In this document: piece after piece, positions 37,718 to 52,300 of the stretch
Layout of the letters: the number at the start of each line of letters is the position of its first letter
How positions within the stretch are numbered: position 1 is the stretch's first letter
DNA from: Schmidtea polychroa
Taxonomy: Eukaryota
Length of the DNA stretch: 64,000 nucleotides
Direction of reading: 5' to 3'
NCBI GenBank assembly: GCA_044892525.1
Contig: CM097885.1
Span: forward strand, 122,822,001-122,886,000
The notes under the pieces: model-generated
Databases searched by the model: none
What the model saw: the letters and a program-made list of their open reading frames with translations, nothing else
What the model was told of the DNA's origin: nothing
Position numbers and translations under genes: made by a program

Positions 37718-37754
37718 ATTCACTTGAAAAAGGCAGCGCCGAAAATTCGTGAGT
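37718..37754 (+). ncRNA. Minimal type I hammerhead ribozyme (Penelope-like element type)
   Basis: Stem I ATTCAC/GTGAGT, core TTGAAAA (U3-A8 variant), extra A, stem II GGC-AGC-GCC, GAAA, palindromic 2-bp stem III (AATT), cleavage triplet UUC. Lies upstream of a repeat block also found at 1985, 6845 (rc) and 48945. Confidence 0.7.
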
Positions 37755-38951
37755 ATCAACAAACATTGATATATTACTGATTTATAATCTTCAAACTCTC
37801 TTTTTAATAAATTCAATGGAAAAAAAATCAGTGGTGAAATAGGGAGAAATAAAAGTTCTTATAATAAAAGTTAGTAATTTATCAGCAATCGAAACATTCG
37901 TTTATCAACTTTCATTTGTAACTACGGATTTTTTAAAACTGAAAAGGTAAGGTTTCTCTAAAATAAGGAAAATAATGCTATAGTTTGCACAAGGGGTTTA
38001 AAGACCTATAGGGCGAGCGGGCGTCGCTCGATGAAGCAGTAACACTTTTTGGGCCAATCCAACAGCAGCTATTCTATATGTTTATTTCCTCATTATTTAC
38101 ATTTCAACAATTTAATATCGAATACTGAATTATGTTTATAATCGTTGCGTGTCGTGTTAATATGTTCCAGACAAATTGTTGTTTTGACCTGTCGGAATAT
38201 CACTAACGGCACTCTTGACATATTCACATTAAATGTCCAAAAAGTCTGCGCCGAATCATCCAAATCGCCCAACCTGATTCGATCCCTCTATCCAACCCTG
38301 GTTTGCACTCATGGGCAAGAACATTGATATAGGTGTTCAACCAATCAAAGATACAAAGAGGAGAAAATGTGAAAAATTCACATCATGAAAAGAAAAATTG
38401 CAAGAAGATACGAGAAATAAATAAATGAGATTAAAATAAATTAATAGAGAAAGAAAATAAAAGAAAAACATCAATAAATATGGAAAAAACAGATTTAAAT
38501 AATCATAAAATTACAAACATCAAAAATCTCAAATTATCAATTAGAACAGAAAAGTAATAAAATTTAAATAGACTAGAATAATGATAATAAAATATAATTA
38601 ATTCAAACCATGAAAGCACTGAAGAAGTCAAATCAATAAATGGATGATGGAAAAATCATTTTGAGGAAAAATGGGTAAATCAGGAAGAATGAAAAATCAA
38701 AAAAGTCATCGAAAATTGCTGAAAAAAATTCAAGGTAAAAGACCCAAGGGAAGAGCAATTGTCAAAAAAGAAGTAAATTACCCCCAAAGAACCCAAAATT
38801 ACGGTTGAAAAAAAATGTACAAAAACCCAAAAAAATTATATTTTTCCACATTAATAAACGGTAGGGGCTGAAACATCAGCACCTACCTGAGATGATTCAA
38901 CCAATTATCGGGTGTTCAGATCGATACATTGAGCACCCGTGCGAAATATAT

Positions 38952-39590
38952 TGTTGGATTTTAGATTAGTTTAAGTCGGTTCCCTCTGACTCCTAGTGTT
39001 CTTTAATTCAAAACAATGAACGACCCAACGTATATTGGAACAACAGGTTCACAATTTATTATCACCACTTTACTAATCAAAGTTTTATACGATTCTCCGC
39101 TCGGCGTTGATGCTTTGCAAATAGATAATATTCACCTTTTATTCATTTAGATTCTCTTGACCCACGTTTTCCTCGGTTTCTGTTTGATTTGATTTCTTGT
39201 TCACTTTCCGTATTCCTAATTCTGTTTCTTCTTTTCCCTACTTTCCCTAATTCGTTTTAGCCTTTTCCTAAGCTCTGTTTCTTCCAACCTTAGCTGAGGC
39301 AAAATGCCGATTTTCTCTGATTTTCCCTTTCCTTATATACTCCTCGAAATCAGGATGACAAATGGTTATTGCCGAGCCAATCTTTCATTTGACATTTGCT
39401 CCCACGTATCTGCTTCGGCTGTCACCCATAATGGTCCAACGAATCCAGATAATTAATGGCCCTTCCGGTCTTGCATATCATATCACCCGAAAAACTTCAG
39501 AACGCAAACAATAATTCGAAAGGGATCAACTTACAAGCCCGAGAGGTTAATTTAAAAAGAATCATTCAACGAACGATGGGTAAGGTTACA
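38952..39590 (-). mobile_element. Degenerate solo LTR
   Basis: Reverse complement of the ..GAACAC..GGAGTCAG..ACCGACTT..TCCAACA 3' block at the left end and TGTAACC at the right. No TSD match. Confidence 0.6.
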
Positions 39591-40565
39591 CATTTATCTA
39601 TGACTATGTTCAAATTTTAATGATTGATTGTAATATAACGATAATAAAAATTTTATAGTTGAGATAAAAATAATAAATTATTCGTTCCACATTTAGGTAT
39701 GAATATGTCATTATTGCTTATGATCATAGTTAGGTAGATCCAGGAAACCATTCTTTAATGACATCATTAATAGGAGGTGAAATTTGCTCTTCAAATTCCA
39801 GAATAGAAAGAGAGAATTAAAATGCAAAGTATTTTCCGAAAGATTAAACTACTCAAGGATATGAGGCCAGTACAGAACGATGGTATTTATGAAATGACGA
39901 CGTTTCCAGAAGGATTAAGTTCTTTCATTAATTTTCGTTAAATGAGATTAGAATAATTAAAACTCTCTGTTAACAATTATTTTCAAGTAAAGTTTTATTT
40001 AGAAATGTTTTTAAGGGTTTTTTATAATTAAGCGAGTGAAATATATTATTGATTTTGCAGTTCAAATTCTTTTCATTTTTTCAATTAATGTTTCATAAGC
40101 ATTCGATTAGACCATTTATTTTATTTTAATTGATTTAATGAAATATGCGAATTTAAAAACACAGGTCATGAACAAATCGATACCCGGGGGTAGTTGGATC
40201 TAGTCCTGGTGGCCAGGAGAAATGAGTTTAAATGAGGCCCGTAGGCAAAACTCGCAAGTTCGATTTTGGGCAAAATCTCCACTTGTGTCATATTTAATGA
40301 GATCGGAAATTACATATGCAAGAAAGTGGAAAATATATTATTGAGAAAGAGAAGGAGAAGGGCGGATGGATAGGTTCACGAATAACTAATAACGAAAATT
40401 GAACGAGATAATTCGATATAAACGTGCTTTGTGGTGTTAAGGAGATAGTGCTTAAAATATATAAATTCATTAAATTATCAAGTAAATATCGTATATAAGG
40501 TAACAGAAATTTTCTTCATGGCTATTATAAATTACACTAGTATTGTCATGCATATTGTATGCCAA

Positions 40566-40968
40566 ATATTTAAATAAAAATAAATTACTATGGATCCAAT
40601 GTAGAAGTTCTTAGGGATAAAACTTTTTAAAGAAATGTATGCAAATGGAGGGTACCTGGTCCAGAATTGAATAGGTAAGGAAACTCCATCAAAAGATCGA
40701 AGGTTTAGAAAAACTCGAGAGGAAGACCAAAGGACTATCAAAGATTTAAAGATAACAATCCGGGAGCAGAAACAGAAAATCCTGAAACTTCGCACAGAGA
40801 CCAATATCGATGCGGGAGTTGGATGAGTGCCGAAGTACTCCGAGAAAGAGCTATTTCCAGCTATATCAGCTCTGATCTTCAGAATCTTGAGGACGATTCC
40901 AGTACCAAAGAAATCATGTAAGTTCCAACAGAAAAAAATTCGACCCAGCGACATGTCGGTTCATTAGC
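40566..40968 (+). pseudogene. Third, more distant decayed copy of the unknown LTR-borne ORF
   Basis: LKKCMQMEGTW (cf. LKKRIDLYEGTW). Gap-free LEKTR...KITIREQ..ILKL against LEHCR...RLTIKAQ..LHKV after a frameshift, then YSEKE...IPVP (cf. YSESE...YPIP). Confidence 0.6.
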
Positions 40969-41159
40969 AATTCTCATTGGAGAGCTCACCTTTCATCGAC
41001 AGTCACCAGCTAAAGAGTAAAACCAATGTCACTTGTGACGGGCGTTTAGTGATAAAATAAAATTATTATTTTGATATTTTGATATTCTATTTGAGTTTTA
41101 TTACTTTACTTAAACTTAAATAATTAATTAAATTTCAAAAACTTCTTCACTAATAAACA

Positions 41160-41626
41160 TGTTGAGGTTCCAAGAATCTCAACTTGATGATCTTATATAA
41201 ATAAATAAGTCAAACACTGGTTCTTTCAAAACTTTATTTGATAACAATAATGATATATTACAAAATAAAATATTCACCTTTTCACACAGTCAATTATGTA
41301 ATTTTATATAGGGTTCTCTTTTTGCCTTGTTTTCTTTGCTAATAGTCTTTAAATGCTATTACCTGAGCTCGGTTATGTAAATCTGTATGCTCAAATTTAT
41401 ATTGCAATATCAATTACTGAATTTGTAATTCTTCTTCGCAAATGATTTTTTGGGGTGGTTTGACTGAAATATCAGTCTTTATAAATACCAATTTTCTGTT
41501 GACACTCCATTTTGAATGTCAATAAACTCTTCTGTTAAAACAATATTTCTTTATTAAAAATAACGGGCACTTATTACAATAAAAAAAACAAAATAAACAA
41601 TCCTGCACTCGGTGCAATTAAAAACA
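41160..41626 (-). mobile_element. Possible solo LTR
   Basis: TGTTGAGG start and a possible ...AAAACA end with TSD AACA. The right boundary is weak. Confidence 0.4.
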
Positions 41627-42689
41627 AACAATTGGTTAAATTATGTTAACTATGTTAAATTATATTTTGTGTTTAAATGGAAATGTTATAAATTTTAAGT
41701 TCCAATTGAAATAAACTTATTGTAGCTATTTTTAGATATTTCAGTCAACTGATTATAAACATTTTTTTGATCATAGATTTTTTATGAAATATTTAGATAT
41801 ATTTTAAATAGTAAATTGTTGTCCAATTACAATAATGTTTAACAATAGTAACATTAATAGCAATAATAGTAACAATAATAATAATAATAATAATTGTAAG
41901 TAAAATAACAAGATAAAATTATAAATTAATTAATTTGCTTTCAAGAGACCTATTTTTGTGTGTTATCGACAATATTTTTCAATAAAATGTCATTAAATTC
42001 TTAAAATAATCAATATAATCTGTAATTAAGTTCAAAATTGATTGCTATTTAAAAATTCACATCACCATAAAAATAAAAACAATCGATGTATTTATAATTG
42101 TCATAATCAAAATAAAATAATCTAATCAATATAGTCATAATTGTCGATAGATCACCAAATTGTCATCATCATAGTTATCTTGTATTCGAATCAATTTTCA
42201 TTAACCTATATCTGAATATGTATATTTATTCTATATCTATCTGCCCCTATTGTATAATATTTTAATTTTAAAATTTTTAGGATTCTCCCATCTTCTAACA
42301 AATAGTCATATTAAGTTCAATAAGCCATCAACTTATCAATTAAAAATGAGGTGCCACCTTTTCATCTAAGCCCAAAGAGAAATTATATTCCTGGAAAAAA
42401 ATTGAAAGTCGGCATTGAATTTGACTTAATAATAATTCAAAATAAAAGCAACAAATAAATAACTATTCCATATGAGTGACAACAATTGATTATTGTGCAT
42501 ATTTTGGAAACTGAAAATATGTTTTCCATTAATCTAGGAATGAATCTGGTCAAAAGTTTGATATCTCTCAACTCATTTAAAGAAGAACCATCATTAAGAT
42601 CGTCAATTGTGGGTAATTTTACAGAATGCAATAATCACAACCTCATACTTTCAAATTCTTGAAATCTCGTTTTCAGTAAAAATTCTAAC

Positions 42690-43019
42690 ATAAGAGTCCT
42701 CCGTAGTTGTCATTAACTAATGGGTCTGATAAATTACAAAACATTGAAGGGAGAAGAAAAAATGGAGAAAGACATCTTCTTCGGTGGCCCATGAACCCAG
42801 AGGCTCGCCAGGGCATTAGCAGTCCTTGTAATAGAACTCACCTTTTGTTGACTGCCACAAGCCAAAGCGCAATACCGACGTCGTTTGCGACGGGTGTTTA
42901 GTGGTCAAATGAAACAATTATTCGCCGTTGCTAGAGCGACGCCAATATGGTGAATGAGATGGTTTACTAAGTTTCGAAAAGTGAAAGTTTCCTCATTTGT
43001 TACCCACCATAGATCAACA
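42690..43019 (+). repeat. 3' fragment of the ORF-bearing LTR family
   Basis: 42810-42902 aligns gap-free with 40960-41051. Ends CCCACCATAGATCAACA, similar to the CCCACATACGCCAACA end of 27795-31830. Confidence 0.6.
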
Positions 43020-43399
43020 ACCACAACATGTTGATTAATAGGACAAGTATAACATATTCGATTTACTTTTTTCAACTAATTGTTCAAGAAATTACTTGAG
43101 CAATGGTTTTATTTTTATAAGATTGAGTAAATGTTATCTCCTTTCCTAGAGTGACAGACTCATTCAACGTCGAGACTATTAACATTCTTAGTTAGTTTCA
43201 GTTTCTTGTTTTTTATAGAACATGGACAATAAATATTTTTAAGAATAGATTTAAAAAGAATATAACATTTTTTGAAAACTTCTAAATACGTCAAATCAAG
43301 TTTTGTTTAAATTATTTGTAAATTCAACCTTCTCATTTAAATATATTAATTTATAATAATTCTAAGAATAAAATATAATTTCTTTAAATCTTAATTTTT

Positions 43400-46300
43400 A
43401 TGAAAACTAGGGATTATCAGGTAACTATAAATTTATTTCTGTATTTTTATTTAATTAGATTGAAATATACAAGAAAGCCAAAAATGAAAATGTCATAATT
43501 AAATTAAACACTGGATCGGGTAAAACATTCATCGCATCGATGCTAATTAAAGATTATTTAAATATAAATACGGATAAAAAGATATTTTTCCTTGTAAAAA
43601 ATTGTAAATTCTAATAGTAGTGATCAATAGTTTTTAAATTCATTTTCTAGCATCACTGGTATATCAGCATACAAATTCATTGAAAGAGTATCTATTTTTG
43701 AAAGATGAAGTAGGCTTTTTTTATGGTCATATGGGAAATTCATGGGTAGATAATTGGACGAAGGTTTTTTATTGGGCTTTTAACTTAATTAATTGAATTA
43801 ACAGGATAAATGGTCCATACAAATTTCCAAACATAAAATTATAGTAATGACTGCTAAAGTTTTCTTAGACATACTAAATCATAATAAGTATAACCTAAGT
43901 CAAGTTTGCTATTTAATATTTGATGAAGTTCATCATTTAACCAAGTCAGACGATTATTCACAGATCTCGGAACATGTTATTAGAGCAACAAGTGATATAA
44001 AAGTAAAAATTGTTTTATTGAATATGTATTGCTTAATTTTAAAATTTAGATTTTAGGCTTAACTGCATCTTTAATAAAAGGAGTGAAACATGTGAAAGAC
44101 ATTGAATTTGCAATTAAACAATTAGAATACAAATTAAATTGTAAAGTTATAACATCTTTGAATAATATTGAGTGTGAATTTTGTGGGAATGTTAAAGAAG
44201 TCATTATAAATTATGAAATAGAAATTTTTCCCGATTTAGTTGCTCAATTCAAATCAGCAATGGAGAAATTCGAGTAATTTCACTAGCAATGCGTTTCATT
44301 TATCTTTTTTACAATATCAATTAATTTTTTGTATCCATAATAAATTTAAAATTAAAAATTTAAGTTTAGCGTAACATTGAATTTGCATAATCAATTGTTT
44401 AATTATTAATTTTATCACTTTATAATTTTAAATTCCACTGTTTATACACTAAATATTTTATGGCATTTCATAACATCACTAAATTATATTTCAAATTAAC
44501 ATTCATACTTTAATAATTATTTTAATCTTCAAGGAACTGTTCTGACAACAAAAAAATAAGAAACCCTGGAAAACTTCAAAACGCGTTTTTTTGCAAAATG
44601 GATACCCCAATAAGTTCGTAGAAAAATACTTTTTACATGAATATAGCTCCAATAGTAACAATACACAAAAAGAGCATGCCAACAAATCAGTAATATGCGT
44701 ACGATTTCCTTTCTTAAACATCAAGACATGTAATAACCAGATCTACGGATTTACCAATTCATATTCGCCCAACCTTCACCGCTGCACCTTTGAAATCAGA
44801 CCTATTTCATCTCAACCAAATGTTTTGCTTCTCAAAAAACATTGTATATCAAATCACTTGTACAATGCAAATCACAATGCATCGTACATTGGGGAAACAC
44901 AGAACATTCGGAACAAGACTCACTGAACACATCAAAAACAAAACAAGCAATTATCACGAACACTGGGAAAAGGTTCACAAATCAGCACCACTCGTACACG
45001 AAACCAAATATTACAAAGATTAGCCACAGAAACTCTTTATCAAAAAACATAAACCCTCCATCAACATTCAACTAAATTAAATTTTAGGGACATTTATCTT
45101 AAAATTTAATATCATTTAACATTAAATATTATAATTAAAATTGACCATTAATATTATAAAGTGATAATTTCTTGGTAGCATTTCATTTGTATTAAATATA
45201 TTCACAGCAAAAGGCTTAAATTAATTTTAATATAAAATCCTTTATATTAACTTTACTGGCGTTGAATGATTGTGGCACGCAAATCTTGCTAATTAACCAA
45301 TTTCTAGTCATCATATCGAGCTAAACTTGTCAAATAGATTTATTGTCGATGACAACAAACTATATGAACTTGAAAATGATTTGAAACTGTAAGATATTTT
45401 GCGTATGAATGATTTATACTAAAAATTATGCTTTTATGCTTTTTTTAAATCTATATCATAACGCTTTTCAAATTTGTTTATCTTCATTCTTTTATATTAA
45501 TGATCAGTATGTTAATATATTGAAAATTAATTAATGACATCAAAAAATTTAATAAATAAAATATTCAAGGAAATTCTAGTGAAAGACTAAATTTTTCAAG
45601 TAAAATGCATAAAAGAAATACATTTATCAAGTAAACTCAATTTGACTCATAAGCTATTCTATGGATTTTGTTATGAAGTTTTAATTCTAATCAAATATTT
45701 TTTCGGTTTTTAGAAGTTTTATTCCAGTCGAGAAAGATCATTCGAATGATAATTCAGAATCTTTAAATGAGGAACAAAATATTTTTAAATCAATTAAAAA
45801 GTATCTAAATGAAAGTTTATCTGTTCTTAATACATTGGGTCTTTTGCCATGTAAAATGGTTAGTTTCATTAGAATTACATTAAATTTAGTAGTAATGCAA
45901 TAAAATATTTGTAAATTTCGAATTATTCATGTAAAATTAAATTTGATAAAATCATGAAATTATTAAATTAATTGACTTCCATCATCGTTAAAAATACCAT
46001 TGATTTACAAAGTCCTCTCTTAAAAAAACTTATATTTGTGTCTTTTCCCTAATTTCTTAAAAGAATACCGGAATATTCATCTGGATAAAAATTATTGATA
46101 GAAAAGTTGAAAAGAACAATTGACAAAATAGGGCTAATGTTTTGTTATAAATGCATATACAGATTCTAATTTGTGATGGATGTGTTTGTTTATTAATAAA
46201 AAGTTTATAATATATGGGATCGATGAGGATAGAGCTACATGCAGTTCTTTTTCTACTACTAATGATGCTCAATATTTAGATTTCAATGTAGGTTATTCAG

Positions 46301-49300
46301 AAAATGCTCTTTCATACAAAGTATTAGAAGACTTTTGAGACATATCATTTATTAATATCAAAAAAACTGATTATCCCTCCAGAGGAAGTAATTATATTTT
46401 AAGTATCTTCAACAAGATACACACATGCATCAATAATACAATTTCGAAGTACGCAGTCGATAAACTAACTGATCGCAAATATCTTATGTTATTTATTCTT
46501 CTATTTCGCACCTGATTCGCCGAACATTATTTTAACCATATTAATATCTGCTGGCAAAACTAGATTTCTGCAGGAAACTTGGTATGATTAGATTACTATA
46601 TTATGATTTTCTTATTTATAGGTTTTACTGTTAATGTATTTAATGAACTATTAAAAATACTGAATAAAAATATAAATAACACTTAAATTTAAAATAAATA
46701 TATTCATACATTTTTCACAGTATTTTTATTAAAAGTTTAAGAAATAATATGGGGGCGGACAAATTTATATGTGCACAGGGCGCCAAAACTGTTGAACCGG
46801 CACTGTGAGGCCTATAAATTAAAATAGTATCATGAAACTATGCATTCTGAATATGTTGGTAAGTCTATAGAATCATTATTAATCAAACGCAAACGTTCCA
46901 AAAAATAGTTCATCAAATACATTTTTATGAGTTATTTATATTTTTATTCAATATTTAAGAGTTCATTAAATACATTAACAATAAAATCTATAAATAAGAA
47001 AATCATAATTTAGTAATCTAATCTTCAAGAAATTTCCAAATCATAAGATATACTTCTCTTATCATGTTGATTTATAAACTAATCTATCGAGCCTTTATAG
47101 TATCAAACCTGTCTCAAATGTTCTTTCATTACTGGATCGAACTTTGCCAAGAACTCAATGATTTTCAAAAAAATTCAGTTTTCGTCTTTGAATAATTTAT
47201 CTGAAGTGCAATATTTTGAGAACCATGTAACTTAATTAAACAAAACAGTCGTTCTAAAACGCTTTTCCAATGCATTTTGTTTTCATTCATTTTTTTTGGA
47301 GCGTTGAATTTATTGTTTATTCGTGCTTTATTCGTTTAATTATATCATTCCACGTTTCGAAGCAATTAAAATGATCTGAGCTCGTTTCATGCATATTCAA
47401 TCTCCCATTAGTGTTTTTCCATTCATTGAATCCTTGATGATTTAATGCAAAGTAAATTTTAGAGAACAACTTACAGCAGAAATAAAACGTCTTTCGATTT
47501 TGAATATACTAACCAATAATGATTGTATTTCTCTCCATTAGTAAGTTTTCTAAAATAGTTTTCAATGCAAAATTTTCTTATATTTCACCCTTTTTCAATA
47601 GATACAGGAAAATCATAGTCAATGATTCTCATCGGTCCGATTTGAACCAGGAAATCGGTTATTGGCGCAGTATTTTCTGACCATTTCCCGATATCCGAAT
47701 AATCATTTGGTCCATTTTTATTATTTTTGCTGGTGGTAGTTTCACTTATTGGATTTGGATATACCTCATTTTCAATTAATATTTCAATATAACCATTTTC
47801 ATTAGTTACGCCCGTGTCCATACTCAGGCAATCAAAATATATTCTTGATGTGTCTGCAGTGCTTAGAAATTTTCTTAACCCTTTAACAACTAAAACCGTT
47901 TCCTGACGGTCATCATAAAAACCCCATTCAATTCAAATCAAAACATTTTCGCGTTCCAACCAGTAAGACCGTTTTTCGTCTTTAAAACTCTACACCACAA
48001 CTTGCAGGTTTGAACACGATCAAACACATGGTTAGCTTGTAACGGTCAAAACATGTCAAAACAAAATTCCTCGTAATTCTATTTCAGTAGTTTAAGGGTT
48101 AAACTGCCTTTTTGGTTTCTCTTGGACAACTCCTTTTGAGCTTTTACGATATACAGCACCAGATAGTTTTTTCTCTTGTCCATAAATAAAAAACTTTTTA
48201 TTTTTTCTTCATTAAATTTAATTAAAAAACTGAAAATGTAATGATAGTTGAATTAAATATAAATTTGTACCTACCTAACGCAAATGCTGATTGATAGCAA
48301 TTATGTAAAATTAAATATATTGATATTTATTATTATTATAGATATCTATCCTTATGTATATTTTTTATACAAATTCTGAAAGTCAATAAAATTAGCCAAA
48401 TTATTAATATAAATTAGAACATTTTATAATTTTTAATATATTTAAAATTATTTAAATAATATTTTAAAAAACGTAAAAAAATGTCGGTCAATTTGGCGTT
48501 CCTTAATCTGGCCTCCCTATGAATTTGCCATATCTGCATTGTTCCTAACCCGGTGCTGAGGCCTCATACTATCTGTAGCTAAAACATCCGTATAAAACAA
48601 TCACATTGGTTCTTCCAAACCATATATAATAACACTGGTGAATCCTAATGATAAATAAAATGAATCATATTGTCTTCTTTTGGGAGTTCCACTCTATTTC
48701 CCCCTAGAAGGACTATCTTATAGTCGAAAATCTTTTCATTAAATACATTATTCGCAGCAAAAGGCTTAAATTATCACTTTGTTATATAAAAAATAAATAT
48801 AAAAAATATTTAAACTAAAATTTGAATTAGTAATATTTAAATCAAAATCGAAATCAATATATAAAGTTGATAATATAAGAAATTTTTTGACTATGAATTA
48901 GTAAAAATATCGATATCTTTTCTGATTCATAGTCAAACCTTCTAATAAATACAATGTCAATTGAAAAGAAATCATAGGTGAAATTTGAAAAAAGTTCTTA
49001 TAATATTGATAAATTAAACCATTAAGAATTATTTTAATAAAATAAATGAATAAAATTTATCCAACAGTAATATTAAAATATATTTAATTAAGAAGGAATT
49101 ATAAATGAGTTTTCAAAAAAGCTCTTTCACCTGAAAGTCTTTCGAAAGTCAAAGATAAAAAAATGATAAAAAACATAAATCAATGTTAAAAACAGTGGCA
49201 AACACATATTTCCTTTACTCACCTGGTAAATATAATATGAAGACTATTTGGTAGTGAGAATAATGGATCGCGGAGCACGTAATGATTTATTGATTTTTTA

Positions 49301-52300
49301 GTTTTATGGAATATGAAAATTTAGCTATCATTGTAACTAATACTTATTAATATAAAAATGGCTTAATATTTAAAATATTATAACTAATGAAATATTTTAA
49401 AAACATTGAAATTTAATGGTTTGTTATAGATAATTGACATGTTTATTGAAGAAATAGATGCAACTGCTATTAGGGATAGTATATCATTCGATGAGACAAC
49501 TAAATTATGCTTAAATGAATTTTTATCATGTTTGAAGTTTATCAATTCCAGTATAACAGCATCTATATTGAAGTCTGATAGCCTTATGTGTTCAGAAAAA
49601 TGTAAAAAATTAATAAGTTGGATTTTAGATTTCAGAAACAAAGTAATTTTAGTGATACTTAATACTTATTATTTTAATAATTAAAAGAATTTGCAATCAA
49701 TATCATATATACATGTATCGAGATTGGTTTCAAGAAAATCCAAAACGTCATATTTTATGTTATTTTACACATATTTTGCAGATTGGTTTACACGAGAAAT
49801 AAAAACACATATTTTTTACATAAATTTTATTTAATTTAAAATACAAGAATTAATTTATTGCTATAAAATGTTATATTTGGCATCTTTATATGAAGTAAGA
49901 CCAAAAAACAAGGCATTTCAGTAATATACACATTTAGAAAATTTGAGCAGAACATTACTAAAAATTCCTACAAAATATAATAATTATCATCGTCTTATAT
50001 AGGGGCCGGCAAAAAAATTTCTACATTTTTTTTCTACATCGGTGAAATCTTATCAAAATCTAAAAGAATACAATTCAAAACATTTATTTGTGAAAATGTG
50101 GAAGTATACTAAAAGTGTCAACTATATCAGAGCCTAGACACAGTCCTAATCAGCTTCAATGACACTCTGGAGGTGACGTGTAAAATTTTGAAACTCGCTT
50201 GTGAACTTAGCCCTCTGTTGTTGACTTCAAATATTGGCGAAAATTTTTGCTCACCTCTTTATTTTTAGTTTTTCCACGTCGATAGCACTCGCAATTTTTG
50301 AAAATAAAGATATTTATATTATTAAGTTAAATTCTTTCAGACTTTAGTTTCTTAAAAATGTATATAGAAAAATATTACTACTTGTCCAAATGCGTAAATT
50401 GTTAGTATATATATGCATAGAAAGTAATACAATTTCGAGAGGTTCTCTAAATGTTTTAACAAATGACCATAATTTTCATTAAAGAGATAAAAGAATATTG
50501 TGTTCAGTGATTAATACAGAAAAGAATGAAATAGACAGTTTTTATTAATTGTTATCCCAATTGACAAAAAAATAGTTGTTTAAATAAAATCATATGATTA
50601 CTGCTTTCTAATAATAGTATGATGAATATAAAATTGATTATGACTGATACTCAAATAACATTGAAAATTAGATGAATATATTATTCTAAACATCAATAAT
50701 TAAAATTTTTGGTCAAAAACTGGACCCTTCATAACTTTTGATCGAGAAATCTGGCGACTATAATTCTATTGTAATTTTCTGTGAGCTCATCAAGCTCTAC
50801 GAAAGTAACTTTTTACACAAATGTCGGAAAATCATAGTTTTATTTACTGACTCATCGTTGCAAAGTTAAATTTTTGCACAAGGTTTTAACATTTAACACA
50901 ATACATTTAAATAAACACGGTAAAGATTTTATTAATAAAAATCGCCATTCGTACATCTTTTTCACTATATATTTCGATAGCATCACTATCATCATCATGT
51001 TACCTACCGATGAATAACTATACTATATTGATAATATATAAACAAATTATAAAATCTATAAATTTTAAATTATAAATAAAAATTTTAAACAATTATTCTT
51101 TTAATAATTTTTAATAATCAATTATATTTAAACTTTTAAAAATTTTTTTAAAAATATTATTTTAATTATTTTTTTAATTATTTAACATAACTATTAATAG
51201 TATTCATCAACATACAAAAACTTTATTAAAAACATTCAACACACACACGTATTCACTGCATTCTGCACATTGATTTTAGGATTAAAAGTTCTTATCAATA
51301 ATGCTTCACATATCACACGCTCAAAACAATTATCAAAATTTTTTGATAAGATTTTAAAATCAGGCATTCATAATTCTCTCATACAGACCTTATTGTGATC
51401 CTTAATATTGGAAACTCCCTTCGGTCGATAGTGAGTACAGAGATGACGGGAAGTCTCTCCAATGTATGTGGCATTACACCCATTACATGTGAATCGATAA
51501 ACGAGATCCGAAAACAATCCAATTGGCCTTTGAGATTTACTAACAAACATACTACGTACTTTGAAACAATTCTATAATTCAATGTACCCAGCTGTTTACC
51601 ATTCTTTCTTTTGAAATCTTTATATCCTTCAGAATACGGCAATACCATCGTATATTTTGGCTCATCTTGTTTTTTAGTATCAATACTCATATTCACTACA
51701 TCATTCGACATATAAGTCAATTTACATTCATTCGTACTACGATCCTTAGCATTATTCATACATTTATCAACAGTCTCTTTCAACGTTAACAATAAAAACC
51801 GTTTTCAGTAGCCATTCTTTACCAGTTGATTACAATCGCCGAAGATTCTGTGCAATTTAAAAAAATCATTTTCGACTTTCTGAATTAATGAAGTTGCTTT
51901 CAATCAATTGTATGCAGCAGTAAGCTCTTTTGTACCTATTGAAGGTTCAGTCATGTATAACTTTGGATGATTGATTAAAAATTCAGTAAAAAGTGTAGAT
52001 AATCGCAGCTTCGATATTGCAACATCTTTATTGAAGCATTTTACAACTGTCGGCATCTGAGAAATCTTATAATTTAGCAACATAACTTTTTATAGAAAAG
52101 TACAGCAAGATTTCTAGTTCCTATATAAAGCCTTTCTTAAGCTATTTTACGAATGAATGGATTGACTATCATGTTGGATGGTATAAAGGCTATTTAGAAA
52201 AGGTCCTACAACTAACAATGGTTTAGAATCGATCAATGCAACTATAAAGAAAGAAGCAACGATTCGACAAAGAATATCAATGGGTGATTTCATCAAAATA

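Noticed and set aside
42890-42960. tRNA-like A-box (GTTTAGTGGT)
   Set aside because: No B-box or cloverleaf. Part of the LTR-family 3' motif.
46292-46320. Putative small Dicer exon (VIQKMLFHT)
   Set aside because: Phase is incompatible with the next exon. Direct splicing 45858 to 49430 is in frame and fits the helicase insert. The segment overlaps a dispersed repeat also at ~54925-54985.
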